Assembly (NCBI RefSeq): GCF_009914755.1
Contig: NC_060935.1
Direction: 5' to 3' (one strand)
Source of the DNA: the human T2T-CHM13v2.0 reference genome, Homo sapiens
Length of the DNA: 64,000 bases
How positions within the stretch are numbered: position 1 is the first letter of the stretch; every line of letters begins with the position of its first letter. Position numbers and translations under genes: made by a program. Shown here one piece after another: positions 41,701-53,700 of this stretch. The notes below the pieces were generated by a model. The model was not told the origin of the DNA. It saw only the letters and a list, made by a program, of their open reading frames with translations, and made no database searches.

Positions 41701-44700
41701 GGGTGGGATTGGGGTGGCCCCGTCCTCAGTGCCCTTGTCCTCATGGTCCTGAGGCCATTGCCTGGTGTTTCTCTCACTTGGTCATGAACTAATTGAGATC
41801 AGGGAACTTATCTGGTTCCTGGTCATGTCCCCAGCACAGACAAGACGTCCACTTCTTTGAATCAAAGTGGCATCCCGGGATAGCCTCTAGGGCTTCCTTG
41901 GCTTTCCCAGCCCCACACCTGGGTTCTAAGCACACCTGAGGGATACAGTACTCTCACATCACCATGGGACCTCCTGGAGCACTGCTTGAAAAGCATTCTG
42001 TAGGTCACAGAAAGAGAATCTCAGACTGGAAGAGCCTTTACAGGTCATCTAGTTCTCCGTGTGGATGCTCCCTGTAGCATCCCTGCCACACGGCCTCCCA
42101 TCAGATGGCTGTGATTTCTTTCAAGTTCTTCCTTAGGTTGAACCTAAGCAAGTCTCCGGGTTCCCCCTCCTCCTGGCCCTTGTTAGGATCCTCCCACCAC
42201 TTCCTTTGTTTTGTAGGGAGTAGTGGGACTCCTGACGCCTTCCGTTCTGCTGCTAGGTTCGGCCTCCGAGGTGCCCTGGGCACTTGGACCCACCACTTTA
42301 CTTCTGGCAGCCTTATAACGACTCCCTGATTTTCTTGTTGTTCTTTAGAGATCACCAGCTGTGGCTCGTGGTCGCATTTGCATGGCTGAGCATTAGAATC
42401 ACCCATGGCACTTGCTTTTACAAAGAGAGAGAGGAGTGGGTTGATTCTGGGGGATGTTCCCCAGCAGTTCTGAATGACCAAGTCAGGGCTTAGTCCCGCC
42501 AGCAGTTTGAATGCACCTGATACATTTGGGAACTGCTGGCTGGAATGGGGACGGCACATCCTGGGAGGCTGGAACTCCTGTGAGCAGTGTGGTCCTCTGC
42601 CTTCTGGAGCTGCACTGGTTCCCACTGTGTCCCAGTAAGCTGCCAGGCGACAGAAGCCACAGATCTGGACTTGCCGGGGGTCCAGGGTTGCAGCCAGGGG
42701 CACAGGGTTGCAGCCAGATGCCCTGGTGGCCTTTCCTCTCCTGACAGCCCACATCTGTGATTTCCTGGGTCCAGCAGGGGTAGCTTCCACTGTGACTGAG
42801 GGGAAAGAATGAGGGCAGGAAGAGGAGAAGGTGAAGTCAACATGGAAAGTGTGGCCAGAGGGTTGGGTCTGTCCCTAGATTCCCTGACCCCTGGGCCTCT
42901 GGTTAGCACTGATGGAGTAGCTGGAGCATGTAAGGTAGAGTCTCTGAAGAGAGGGAGTTCGGAAACAGGCTAGAGGATGTTGGCTGTGTGTGCTTTTCCA
43001 GGGCACAGAATTGTCCTTGTGTCCTTGCCCCTTGTTGTCAATCGTGGATGACTGCTCTGATATCTGTGGGGTGCCTTGGGGGAAGTGAGTGGATGTAGAG
43101 GGGCAGGTTCCCTGGGAGGTGAAGCTGCCACCTCGTTGGTGCTGGACTGAGCAGATGGATTGGTGGACACTGAAGCCTGGGTTTCTCTGCCCTCATGAGC
43201 CAGTGGCTTTCCTGAGCCTCCCTGTTCAGGCCCCCAGCAGGAGGTGCCCGTGATGTAGGAGACTCCAGGGTCAGCTGAAAGACCTATCCATCAGCGCCCT
43301 GTCTCTTGTCTGAGTCTCCTGGCGGGGCTGCAGCTGGCAGCCTGGGCTTGGCAGTTATTCCATAATTGGAGCTGAAGTCATTAAAAAACCATTACTGTCT
43401 CCTTGTGTGGTTATCGTTTAGGTCAGCCTAGAACAGGGCCCATCAGAAACAGGCAGGCTGGGGAAGCGTCGGTGAGAAAGGAAGATGCCTTAGGAATGGT
43501 GCTGGGGTGGAGATGAGGAGGAAGGGCCATCTGGGTGGGGGCGGAGAAGGGAACTGGGCCTATTGAGGAAGCCAGGGGAGCTTTTGGTGCTGCTCTTCCT
43601 GGAGACAGCCATCGCAGTTGCCCTTGGTCTCCACAACAGCTGCTGTTGGCTGGGGATTCTTTGTTATTCACCAGGGAGAGTTGTTGCGCACTTGTCGTTA
43701 GCTAGGAACACCCACCTGGTACAAGCTTGTCACTGCTAGGTAATCGTGGTCCCATCTCGTCCCCTTGCAGCTCTTCTAGAACACTGCTTTACCAGGAATC
43801 GTGCCCACTCTCAGAGCCTCCCCATTTTAGTAGATTTAGTGTAGACCCTCCTAGCTGGGTCTTGCTCAGCCAGGCACAGGTGGCTTCTCCCCGGTGGCCG
43901 CCCCCCAGCTGTGCATGCTCCTTTCCTTCTGTGTGCTTGCACATGCCCGCTGGTGGGTGAGGTGGTAGGTGGCTCTCTAGGTACTTTGGGGATGTCTGAG
44001 GTTTCTGGAGCCTCTTCAGTAGCCTAGCCCTTGTGTTCATCCATATTTCTCTGAAGGCCAGTGGTTAAGTCCTTTCTCCCTGTTATCTTACCTAGTAATC
44101 AGGGTCACCGAAGCCTGTGGCTCTTTATCATTCTCCCCCATCAGGAAATGGAGGTGGAGGCAGAGGAGGAGAAAGGAATGTTTTCATGGAAAGCAGCCTC
44201 CTGCCTCTGGCATAACTGTGCATAGTCCATGGCAAGTGGGATGGTGGCCTCTGGTAGGGAAATGTGCCCCCTGCATGGATGAGAGCATTAAAAGGCACTG
44301 GGCAGTGAGGCCACTATGGCTGGAAATACCTTTAGTCAGTTGAGCAGCTGCTGTGACCCAGCATTTCCGGAGGTGGCATTGCTGATGTGAGTCTTACCTC
44401 TCAGCTGGATGTCCCCTTTTCTAAATGACTCTAGATGTGAGCGTCAGCACCATGGAAGTCATCTTCTTTGTCTTGCTCAGCCAAGCCCAGGGCTGGGGAT
44501 GGCCCAGGTGACTGCCCAGTCCCTGCCCTCTGAAAGTGTGAGTGGCTTGCGACAACCTAGAAAACTGTGGAATGGCCCCTCCTGCTGGCACAAAGGGAAG
44601 CCAGCACTGTCTTGTGGAGGTTGCACAGGGGCCAGGCCACTGGCTTATGACAGTGGGGTTTATAGCTGCCCTGTGCCCAGGCACAGAGCTTGGCAAGCGG

Positions 44701-47700
44701 AGGGAGCACAGTTGGATTCCAGACCCTGTTGCTCCTGTCAGCCAGGGGCCACTGTACAGAGCTTAGACTGCATTTTTCACGTGTGTCCTGAAAGTTGTGA
44801 TGTGTATGCACTGTGCGTGTGGCTGACCACGGGGGACACTGGTGTTCGGGTCTGACCCTTTCAAGTCCGTCTGTGGGCAAATGCTTTGACTTTGCTTATT
44901 CAGTCAGGCTGTTGGCTTGAGCTGTAGAGATGGGAGGGTTGTAGCCTCTCAGGCCTGGCAGGGCCCTCAGGCATTTTGCGCTCTGGTCCTGAACCCTTTC
45001 TTCAGAAGTCTTCACTGCAGTCCTCCAGCCTGGGTGTGTGCCTTCCACAATGGGATGCCCAGCCTCTCAGCCAGCTGGAATATTTAGGGACCTGGTTGCA
45101 TCCTGTGGTCCTGGCAATGCCCTCAGGGAGCCCCAAATGCAGCTGTGCCCTCTTAGGCAGATGGGCTGTTTCAAGAAGACCAAGGCCTAGAAGTATGGCT
45201 CTTGAGCGGTGTTTTCTCCTGTGCTCTGGCAGCTGAGGGTTTGGTGAATGAGGCTGTTGTGCACACAGCCCCAGATCACAGCTGGGGCTCCTCTGACATG
45301 CAGAGCAGCTCGTGGGTACAAGGAAAGACCTTCCCAGATGTCAAGTAGGCAGGACACCTGCTAGTTAAAAAACATGCATAGTCCTCATAGATCGTGGCCA
45401 AGGTGGTGGGCAGTCTGTGTTATGGGGGCTTCCTTCTACCCTCTGACTGGCTCCCTTGGAGGTGCAAGTAGTTGAAGGCTCATGTAGGTGGTCAATGATT
45501 GTTCCAGCTAGAAAGGGCTAGCCATCAGGAGGAGGTGAAAGTGGCTTCACTTTGTCCTCAGGGTGATGTGACCTCCTGTTTCCCCTTTGCACGCACACTG
45601 CGCTCACCTTCACACGAGCACACCCACTTCTTCACAGGTGTCTGCATGCACATGTGCACACACATGAGATATTCACACACTTCCTTATGGCCTCACACAA
45701 ACCTAATGCACTCGGGCACGCCTGTGCAGGAACCTGGACACAGTCTGGTTCAGGGGCAGCTTCAGAATAACTGGGCCAGGGCCGCCTGGGGCTTCCCCAG
45801 AGCTCAGATCCTCAGGCTCCAACCTCACCTCATGCAGCTGTCCACACCTTGGCCTTTATAGCATTTGGGCCTAGGTCTCATGCATGTGTCTCTGGCTAGC
45901 AAAAAGCTAAGTGATTTGAGTTACCAGTTCCCTACTTGTGCCCTGCCTTCCTCAGAGGCATGGCCAGTGCGGGTGAGATGAGGCTCCCTGTCCCAAGACT
46001 GGTGGGGCTCAAGAATTTGATGTCCCCAGGGCTGCCTGTGCCATGTCTGCAGCCCGGGAAGGACCTGGTAGCTGGTTGCTGGGCTGTACATTGATGTGTT
46101 GTGTCCACCCTGCAGACACCTCTGTGTGGCCCAAACCCTGTAGGCTGAGGGACTGGTTGGTCTCTTAGCTTCATTCTCTCAAATGAGAAGGAGGACCCTC
46201 TGCCCTCTTTAAGTGGGGAAGGGGAGTAGACAAAGTCAGGACTCTACTCTGCCCACCTGGAAAGCTAGGAGTTTGCTTTCAACGGATGGGGAAAGGGTCT
46301 GCCCCAGAGGACGCAGCCTCCTCTAGAATGGTGGGAAGGAAGGAAAAGGCTGGGGCTGGTGAGATCCCAGTAGGGAGCTGGAGGGAGCAGCCCCCTGGGT
46401 TTGTTTGAAGCCTGGCCTCGGGCCTGGCTTGTTGCTGGGATGCCTCTGGATAGTTCTCTTGGATCTCAGTCAGGCCCGGCCCTGCTCAGGGATCTGAGGG
46501 GAGGGTCTCATCCGGTATTTACTGGGGAGTCCCTGGGGAAACAGGGGTCCTAGCAGGCTTCCAAAGTGGCAGCTCGAGCCCTTTTGGTTCAAGCTGGTTT
46601 CAAGATGGCAGGCTCCACCCTTCCTCCTTCTACCATGTGGGCTCACTGAGTCCCAGCAGCCGTGATGGGATGGGTTTAACGGGCCCAGATATGCTGGGGG
46701 TGGGCTCTGGGCTGTATATCCTGGCACCTCACGGGCAAGCCCTGAAAACCCCTCTTTCGCTCTGCAGTGTCTTAGATGATGAGGGCAGAAACCTGAGGCA
46801 GCAGAAGCTTGATCGGCAGGTGAGTAGGCCTGGGGCCGGGTAGAAGGGAAGAGTCTGGGCTGGGATCTCTGAGGGCAGAGGGGCAGGGCTGTCCATCTTC
46901 CCTGGATGATCCCGTCTGATTGGGGGATGGGATTCCCATGTGGAAGAAGAGAGGTGCACTCTCTCCCAGCTCAGCACTAACCCTGCCGCGGCACATGGGC
47001 TCCTGCCTTCAGGCAGCTGGGTGACTGCAGTTGGAGGGCTGGCTGTGCTGTGATCCTGCCAGGGCAGCCACCTGGGCCCTGTTTTGCCTCCCTTTCCTGG
47101 ACCCCAAGTGTTGGGGTGCCAAGGACATGGGGCCTTGGCCCAAGGTGGGCCGTGGACCCCCCGATAACTGGGAGCCCGCCCTTCCTGGTGGAGGCAGTGG
47201 GTCAGCCAACCTCTGTGCCTCCATAGCGGGCCCTGCTGGAGCAGAAGCAGAAGAAGAAGCGCCAGGAGCCCCTGATGGTGCAGGCCAATGCAGATGGGCG
47301 GCCCCGGAGCCGGCGGGCCCGGCAGTCAGAGGAACAAGCCCCCCTGGTGGAGTCCTACCTCAGCAGCAGTGGCAGCACCAGCTACCAAGGTATACCTTGC
47401 CTGCTGCCCCACATCCCGTCACTGCTTCGGGGAGCCCGTCACTTCCTGCCCACCTAGGCAGGTGCGGACTGGTCCTGACGGGGGATGCCCAGGCTGTGTA
47501 TGGCTTCCAGCCCAGGCAGACAGCTGAGTAGGGAGGGCAGAGGGAAGGTGGACCTGTAGCCTTGGGCGCCTGTGTATGCTCCAGCTGACACCTCCTGAAT
47601 CAGGCACTGAGGCCAGAAGCCTAAACCTTTTATGAGGCCAGGAGTTCAGAAGTCCAAGTTTTGATCTGGAGCATTTCACTGAGTGCAGGAGGTAGCTTCT

Positions 47701-50700
47701 AAGAGGAGATGACCTGCTCCCCACCAGTATTCTACATTCTGAGAGGAATCCGTCTCACTGTCCTGCCCCATATCAACCAGTGTCTCAGTACAAACACCTT
47801 TTTCCTTCCCTCTCTGCACCGTGTCTGCCTGGCTTCTGACTTGCAGATCCCTCTCTCTGGCTCACAACTCCTTAAGAGCTGTAGTGACCTGGAGCCTGCA
47901 GCTCCCATCCTTAAATGTTCCAGGTCTCGGCAGAGCCCAGTTGGGAGAAATTCTCTGCAGCTCATCCTGGAGAGAGCACATCTCCAGAGATGGCTGCAGC
48001 ACATCTCTGTTCTCAGGACCCTCCTTCCTGCTTGGGTTAGGTGAAGAGTAGGCCAGGCCAGACTGAGGGGTTGGGGGTCTCTGAGCTTGAAAGGAGGACT
48101 CAGACTCAGTCTCCACTGCCCCCTGCTGGTGCTAGTAATCCAGGCTGCTACTTCATCAAATAGTAATTCTAAAAAGGTTGCAGGCATCTGGCTTTTGCGG
48201 TTAGGAAGAACCTTAGCAGTCGTGGTGCTCCCCTCCTTCTGTGGCTTCGTTATGACCTGGAGCCTCCAGATACATCGAACTACTGGTAGTTGCCTCACCT
48301 CAGGGCTGAGCTTCTTCATCTAACTGCTGGCCCATACCCTGCCTCGCAGTATTTTAGGTTCTTCTCTGGGTTCCACTGACCCATAGCTCCCTGAGCCCTT
48401 TGTCTGCACATTGGAGGGCAGCAGGTGAGTCTCACTTGCCTGGTGCCCAGTTTGTGGCTGGGCACACCATACAGGCTCGGTCCCCTGTGTGCATGTGTAC
48501 CCTCCGAGGAAGCCTACTCCGTTTCTTCTAACAAAGGCTGGCTGTACATCTGCCAGTGGCTAAGTACAGTGCTAGAGGCTTTACCTGCATTATCTTGTTT
48601 CATCCTCACAGGAACTCATTATCCTCACATCATCAGTAAGGATGTGGGCTCTGAGGGGCTCAGTGACCTGCTCATAGTACTCTGCTAGTGAGCAGCAGGG
48701 CTAGAATTTGAACCCAGACCTAACAGACGCCAAATGGTCTCTCCTCCATATTATGTTGCCTCCCTGATGAAAAGCTCCTTCATGCTAATTCCCCTGTGTG
48801 TGTGTCAGTTCAGCACCCTGGCCATACCTGGTATGCCTGTACTCTACTTGAGAGGCCTTCAGAAAAGGGGACCAGGGACCTCAGCCCAGCTGTCTCACAG
48901 AGGCAGCCCCAGCTGCTCCTCACAGAGCTGGCCCCAGCCCCACCCTTTGCTGGCAGCCAGCTCCTCCACTTCCTTTGTGAGTGCCATCCCAAGGGTGGTA
49001 GTGGTACCCTGCCAGGAAGGTGGCCAATGTTCTGGGTCATATGGCGTGTGGCCTGTGGCTGTGTGGCATCACAGCCCCAGCTCTGCCAAGCCTGGCACCT
49101 GGGCGAGTGAGGCTGCATACAGAATAGGGGCCTGCACCCAGGATTGTGGGCCCTGCCAATTTGTGCCAGAGGCCAACATCGTGAGAGGTCATTGACGTGC
49201 AGTCATTTTGGAAGGTATTTCTTGGCAGCTGTGTTCCAGATGATGTCAGGACATCAGAAAGACTGTGGTACAACTAGCGCCTCTGGCGTAAGTGCAGGAC
49301 TGAAGTCAAAAGACAGTTTCTGTGCTAGGTGGCTCACACCTGTAATCCCAACACTTTGGGAGGCCAAGGCAGGAGGATTGCTTGAGGGCGGAAGTTCAGG
49401 ACTAGCCTGGGTAACATAGTGAGACCCCATCTTTAAAAAAAGTGAGCAGGGTGTGGTGACACCTGCCTGTAGTCCCAGCTACGTAGGAGGATCACTTGAG
49501 CCCAGGAGTTCAAGACTGCAGTGAGCTATGATCGTGCCACTGCAATCCAGCAAGAAAAAAAAAAGAAAAAGATAGTTTCTGGTCATGCCACTACCAGTTA
49601 GTTACCTGCTCGCTTGTGACTGGGGCAAGCCATTTACCCTCTCTGGATCTGTTTCCTCCATTATAAAATGGGGAAACTTCTCTGTCTTAGGGCTTTGGAA
49701 CTCGAAGGAGCCACGGTGTGTTCCAAGGTCCAAAATCAGGGAATTGCTATTCCCTGACATTCCAGAGTGGGCTGGGCCTCCACGACCTTTTTCACAGAGG
49801 ACATTTGAACATGTGACATTTGATTTCTGGGAGGTGCCTACTGCTTCTCTAGGGGCCCAGTCTTTGTCCAGGTTCAAATGGTGGACAAAGCTCTGGGGAG
49901 GCTGCTGCACACACGCGTGGCCTACCCAGGAACTGGTGTTTCCAGGCCACTCCCACCCCGCCTACAGCATTAGTTGCCTCCCTGTCTGCCCTCTACTGGC
50001 TACAGGCGTTAAATTCAGGGGATCATTCCAAGAGGAAAAGGAGGGAGTCTGATATACATCAGACCTCACAGTTTATCCTGGTTTTTGACCTGCTGGCTAT
50101 ACTCATTCATGTTACACATTCATTCAGTTCTTAAATATTTATTGAGGTTTGTGTCAGGCTCTGGATTAGAGGCTGTAGGTCCCAAGTGAGCACAAATGGG
50201 TGTGGTCCCTGCTTTCACGGACCTTACAGTCTAGGTGGAGAGACAATGTTAAACAGATGCTCACGGGGGTGCTTTGTGGAAGGAAGCCAGATTCTGTGAG
50301 TAGATGACAACACCTGCTCTGACGAGGGAGGCAGGCACAGCGTCCCTCGGGAGGTGACATCCAAGCTGAAATCTGCAGGATGAGTGGGAGTTGATCACTG
50401 AGGGGGGCGAGGGGGAGGGCAGTGCAGGCAGCAGGAGCAAGGGCCCTGTGGCAAGAGGGAGTGCAGTGCATGTGAGGCAACAGACCAGCCTGGTGTGGCT
50501 GCAACTCTTGGTGCCCCAGAGGTGGGGAGTATGTGTTTATTTTAGACCTAGGGGAAGGGAGAGAATGTTGGTCTTCAGCTTAAGAGCAATCAGAAACCAT
50601 TCAAGGATTTTGAGCAGATTGGGGTTCTGCAGTATGGAGAATTTGGAGGCCACCAGCTGGGACCCTTCTGAGACCTCACTGTTGGTGCCTGTAGCTTCTT

Positions 50701-53700
50701 GTGTCCCAGAGTTGTTGTTCTGAGCACTCCTACACCCCAGCCTCCCATGGGCTCATCCCCGCAGAGCCCCCTCGTAGGCTCCCTGGAGTGCTTGCCCTGG
50801 TTGTGGTCTCTTCCAGAAGATGCAGCCTTTGTTCTTTCTTCCCCGTCTTCAATGGCCATATCCTCTCAGACATTCTCCCTGCCCCTGTTCAGGCTCAGTA
50901 TGGTTTGGTGGCCCAGAACTTTTGAGTGCGCACTTTGTTGGCTGATCACAGGTTTTGGTCTGGCTGTTGACTTGATTACACTGGGCTGGGGGTGCCGCCT
51001 CCTTCCAGCTGGGCCTGCCCTGGAATCTTTGCCTAGTAGAGATGAGTGGGCCTGATCCTGTGGGCTGTAGAAGTGGTACAGGGGCCCTGGTGGGACTCGG
51101 GGTGCAGTCAAAAATGCTGTGCTGGGGACTGTGTTCAGGTGGGAGCTCTGGTCTCACCCACTGCCTGTTTCTCTCTCTCCATCTGGGGATGTTTCCTGAG
51201 CAGTTCAAGAGGCCGACTCACTCGCCAGTGTGCAGCTGGGAGCCACGCGCCCAACAGCACCAGCTTCAGCCAAGAGAACCAAGGCGGCAGCTACAGCAGG
51301 GGGCCAGGGCGGCGCCGCTAGGAAGGAGAAGAAGGGAAAGCACAAAGGTCAGCTCACATTCTCTACAGCCCTGCCCAGCAGGCCTGGCCTCCACTGTAGG
51401 GCTGGGGAAGGTTTGTCCTCCTGACTTGGAGGGGAGGGATAGGATGAACAGCCTCAGGGAAGACACAGACTGCCACTCTGGGCACCCCCTCAGGTGGCTC
51501 ACAGGCCTCATCTAGCTTGGGAGGTGCCTGGGCTGCCTCTGGGTGTGGGCATGCCTACCACACTGCCAGGAAGTGAAGTCCTGCTCAGCTGTGGCCCAGA
51601 ACCACCGTCCCCCACCTCAGCTACCTTGGCCTGAGCACCCTTTATCATGACCCCTCAAGGAGGATCTCACCCAGCCTGGACTAGGACACTCACTGCACTG
51701 GGGGCTGACTGCTTCCCAGGCAGCTTGCCCCATCCTTATGCAGCCCTCGCCGTCAGCTCTTCGTATAATGTGGACTTCCCTTGACTCCATATTCTAGTCC
51801 AGGTTCCACCCTCTGGACCACAGACCAGCCTGTTCCCTCTGCTCCTCTTTCTCCAGAAAAGACCCCTAAAGATTAAGGACAGTGATTGGCGGTACCTGCC
51901 CCAGGTCCTGTCTCTTGGCTACACACCCCGTTTCCTCAACTTTTGTTCACGGACAGTGGTTTCCAGGCCACTGCGTCACGGTTGGACAGTGATGTGTCAC
52001 AGGCCATGGGCTTCTGGAGCTGGCCGAGCACTCTGGGCATAGCTCAGTAGGCGGGCAGGGTGGCTGCCACCTGTGTGGGTCAGGCCTTGCTTCTGTTGCT
52101 GAAGCTCTGTGGTAACGGGCAGGAAAGCTGACGTAGGATGGGAGATGCTCCATTTGGGAAGGCGAGTGTATGCCAATTGCAATCTTTCTCAAGGGGCCCA
52201 CGTTTTTAATGATGTATGTGAGTTACTGCACGTGTGTATGTTGTGTCTGTTTGTGGAAGAAAACACCAGCATTGATGGCTTGTAGCTGGTCGTGTCCATG
52301 AATGATTGCTGGCCTTGCCTATGGTCTGGATCAGTCCTTGTTCTCCATCTTGTTTTTCCACTGTGCAGTTGGTTTTGTAGATGGCTGCCGTCTGCTTTAA
52401 GGACGTGAGGTGTTGTAAACCAACCCTCGGCAATTAATTTGGGGGAAGAGCAGAAGAAATGAAGCCCACATCCCTTACTAGCTTACCAGTTGTTAACAGG
52501 CTGGTGCAATCATTAGTTTTATAAAAATCACTTTTGCAAATAAAGTTTTGCAGAGGGTTTCCCCACTCTTCCCTCATCCCCTTCATGGACGTCTGAGAAT
52601 CCAGGCCCTCCTCTCCTCCTCCTGGATGTAACTCAGGCGTGTCCGTGGCCTGCAGGCACCAGCGGGCCAGCAGCACTGGCAGAAGACAAGTCTGAGGCCC
52701 AAGGCCCAGTGCAGATTCTGACTGTGGGCCAGTCAGACCACGCCCAGGACGCAGGGGAGACGGCAGCTGGTGGGGGCGAACGGCCCAGCGGGCAGGATCT
52801 CCGTGCCACGATGCAGAGGAAGGGTGAGCCCCATGGGGGCCCAGTGATACCCCCAAAACTCAGTCCCAGGTTCTCAGATGCACCTTTCTCTGGGAGCATG
52901 GCCTTCCTGTGTCCAAACCCCTCCCTGGCAATGGTGGGTGAGGGTGGGGCACACTTCGGAGACAAATGAGAAACTCTTAGGCAGGGCCCCTGCTAAGGCC
53001 CCAGGGAGGCCCTGATTTGGGGGCAGATTTCCTTTTCCTTTTGCTCCTTAGAAAAAGCTCCTTTTGCAAGAAGTTTCCCATATGTTTGCTGAGCTACTGG
53101 GAGCAGGGCCAGGATACCAAGAGACGGGGTAGATCCTCCGTGGAAACCTGCTGTTCAGTTTTCCCACCACAAGCCCTGCCCTAGGGAGCCCCTGGTGCAG
53201 GGTGGCAGAGGGAAGAAGCCTGGCAGTGCCACACATTGTGAGGAATCTAATCAAGGATGGCTTCCTGTACAAAGGACTTTGAGACAACTTGAGGATGGGG
53301 ATGGCATTCCCAGGGAATGGCAGGCGGGAGGACAGCTGAGATAGAAGCTCAGGGCAAAGATGAGGAGTCAGTGGGTCCCCTCCACATTGGGCTGAGGAAG
53401 GAGCTGAGGCCTGTGCCCTGGCAGATTCCGTGGTCTATGCCAGCCAAGGCCTCTAATAGGCCTGAGGTCAGAAATGGAGATTCCCAGTTCAAGGTGAGCT
53501 CAGTGCAGGCCTTGATACACAAGAGACAGTGGTAGGGTGGCTGCTAGGTAGTGGGGTAATGTAGGGACTGAGCTGAAACTGGGTGGTGGGGATATATCCT
53601 GAGGATTGTGGCCAGCCCCGGCTCATGTGTGTACCTGAGAGAATATCCTTTTATATCTGGACATGTGTGGGAATATATGTGTGAATGGGAGTCTATATGT

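Noticed and set aside
42101-42790. 229-aa minus-strand ORF in intron 1 (similarly 47732-48319, 25557-26162 and 16170-16697)
   Set aside because: No recognisable homology or codon signature; expected by chance in GC-rich DNA or overlapping L2
49273-49290. CTCF-like AGCGCCTCTGGCG (also GCGCCAGAGGGGCGC at ~38381)
   Set aside because: Core spacing is off by one base from the CTCF consensus
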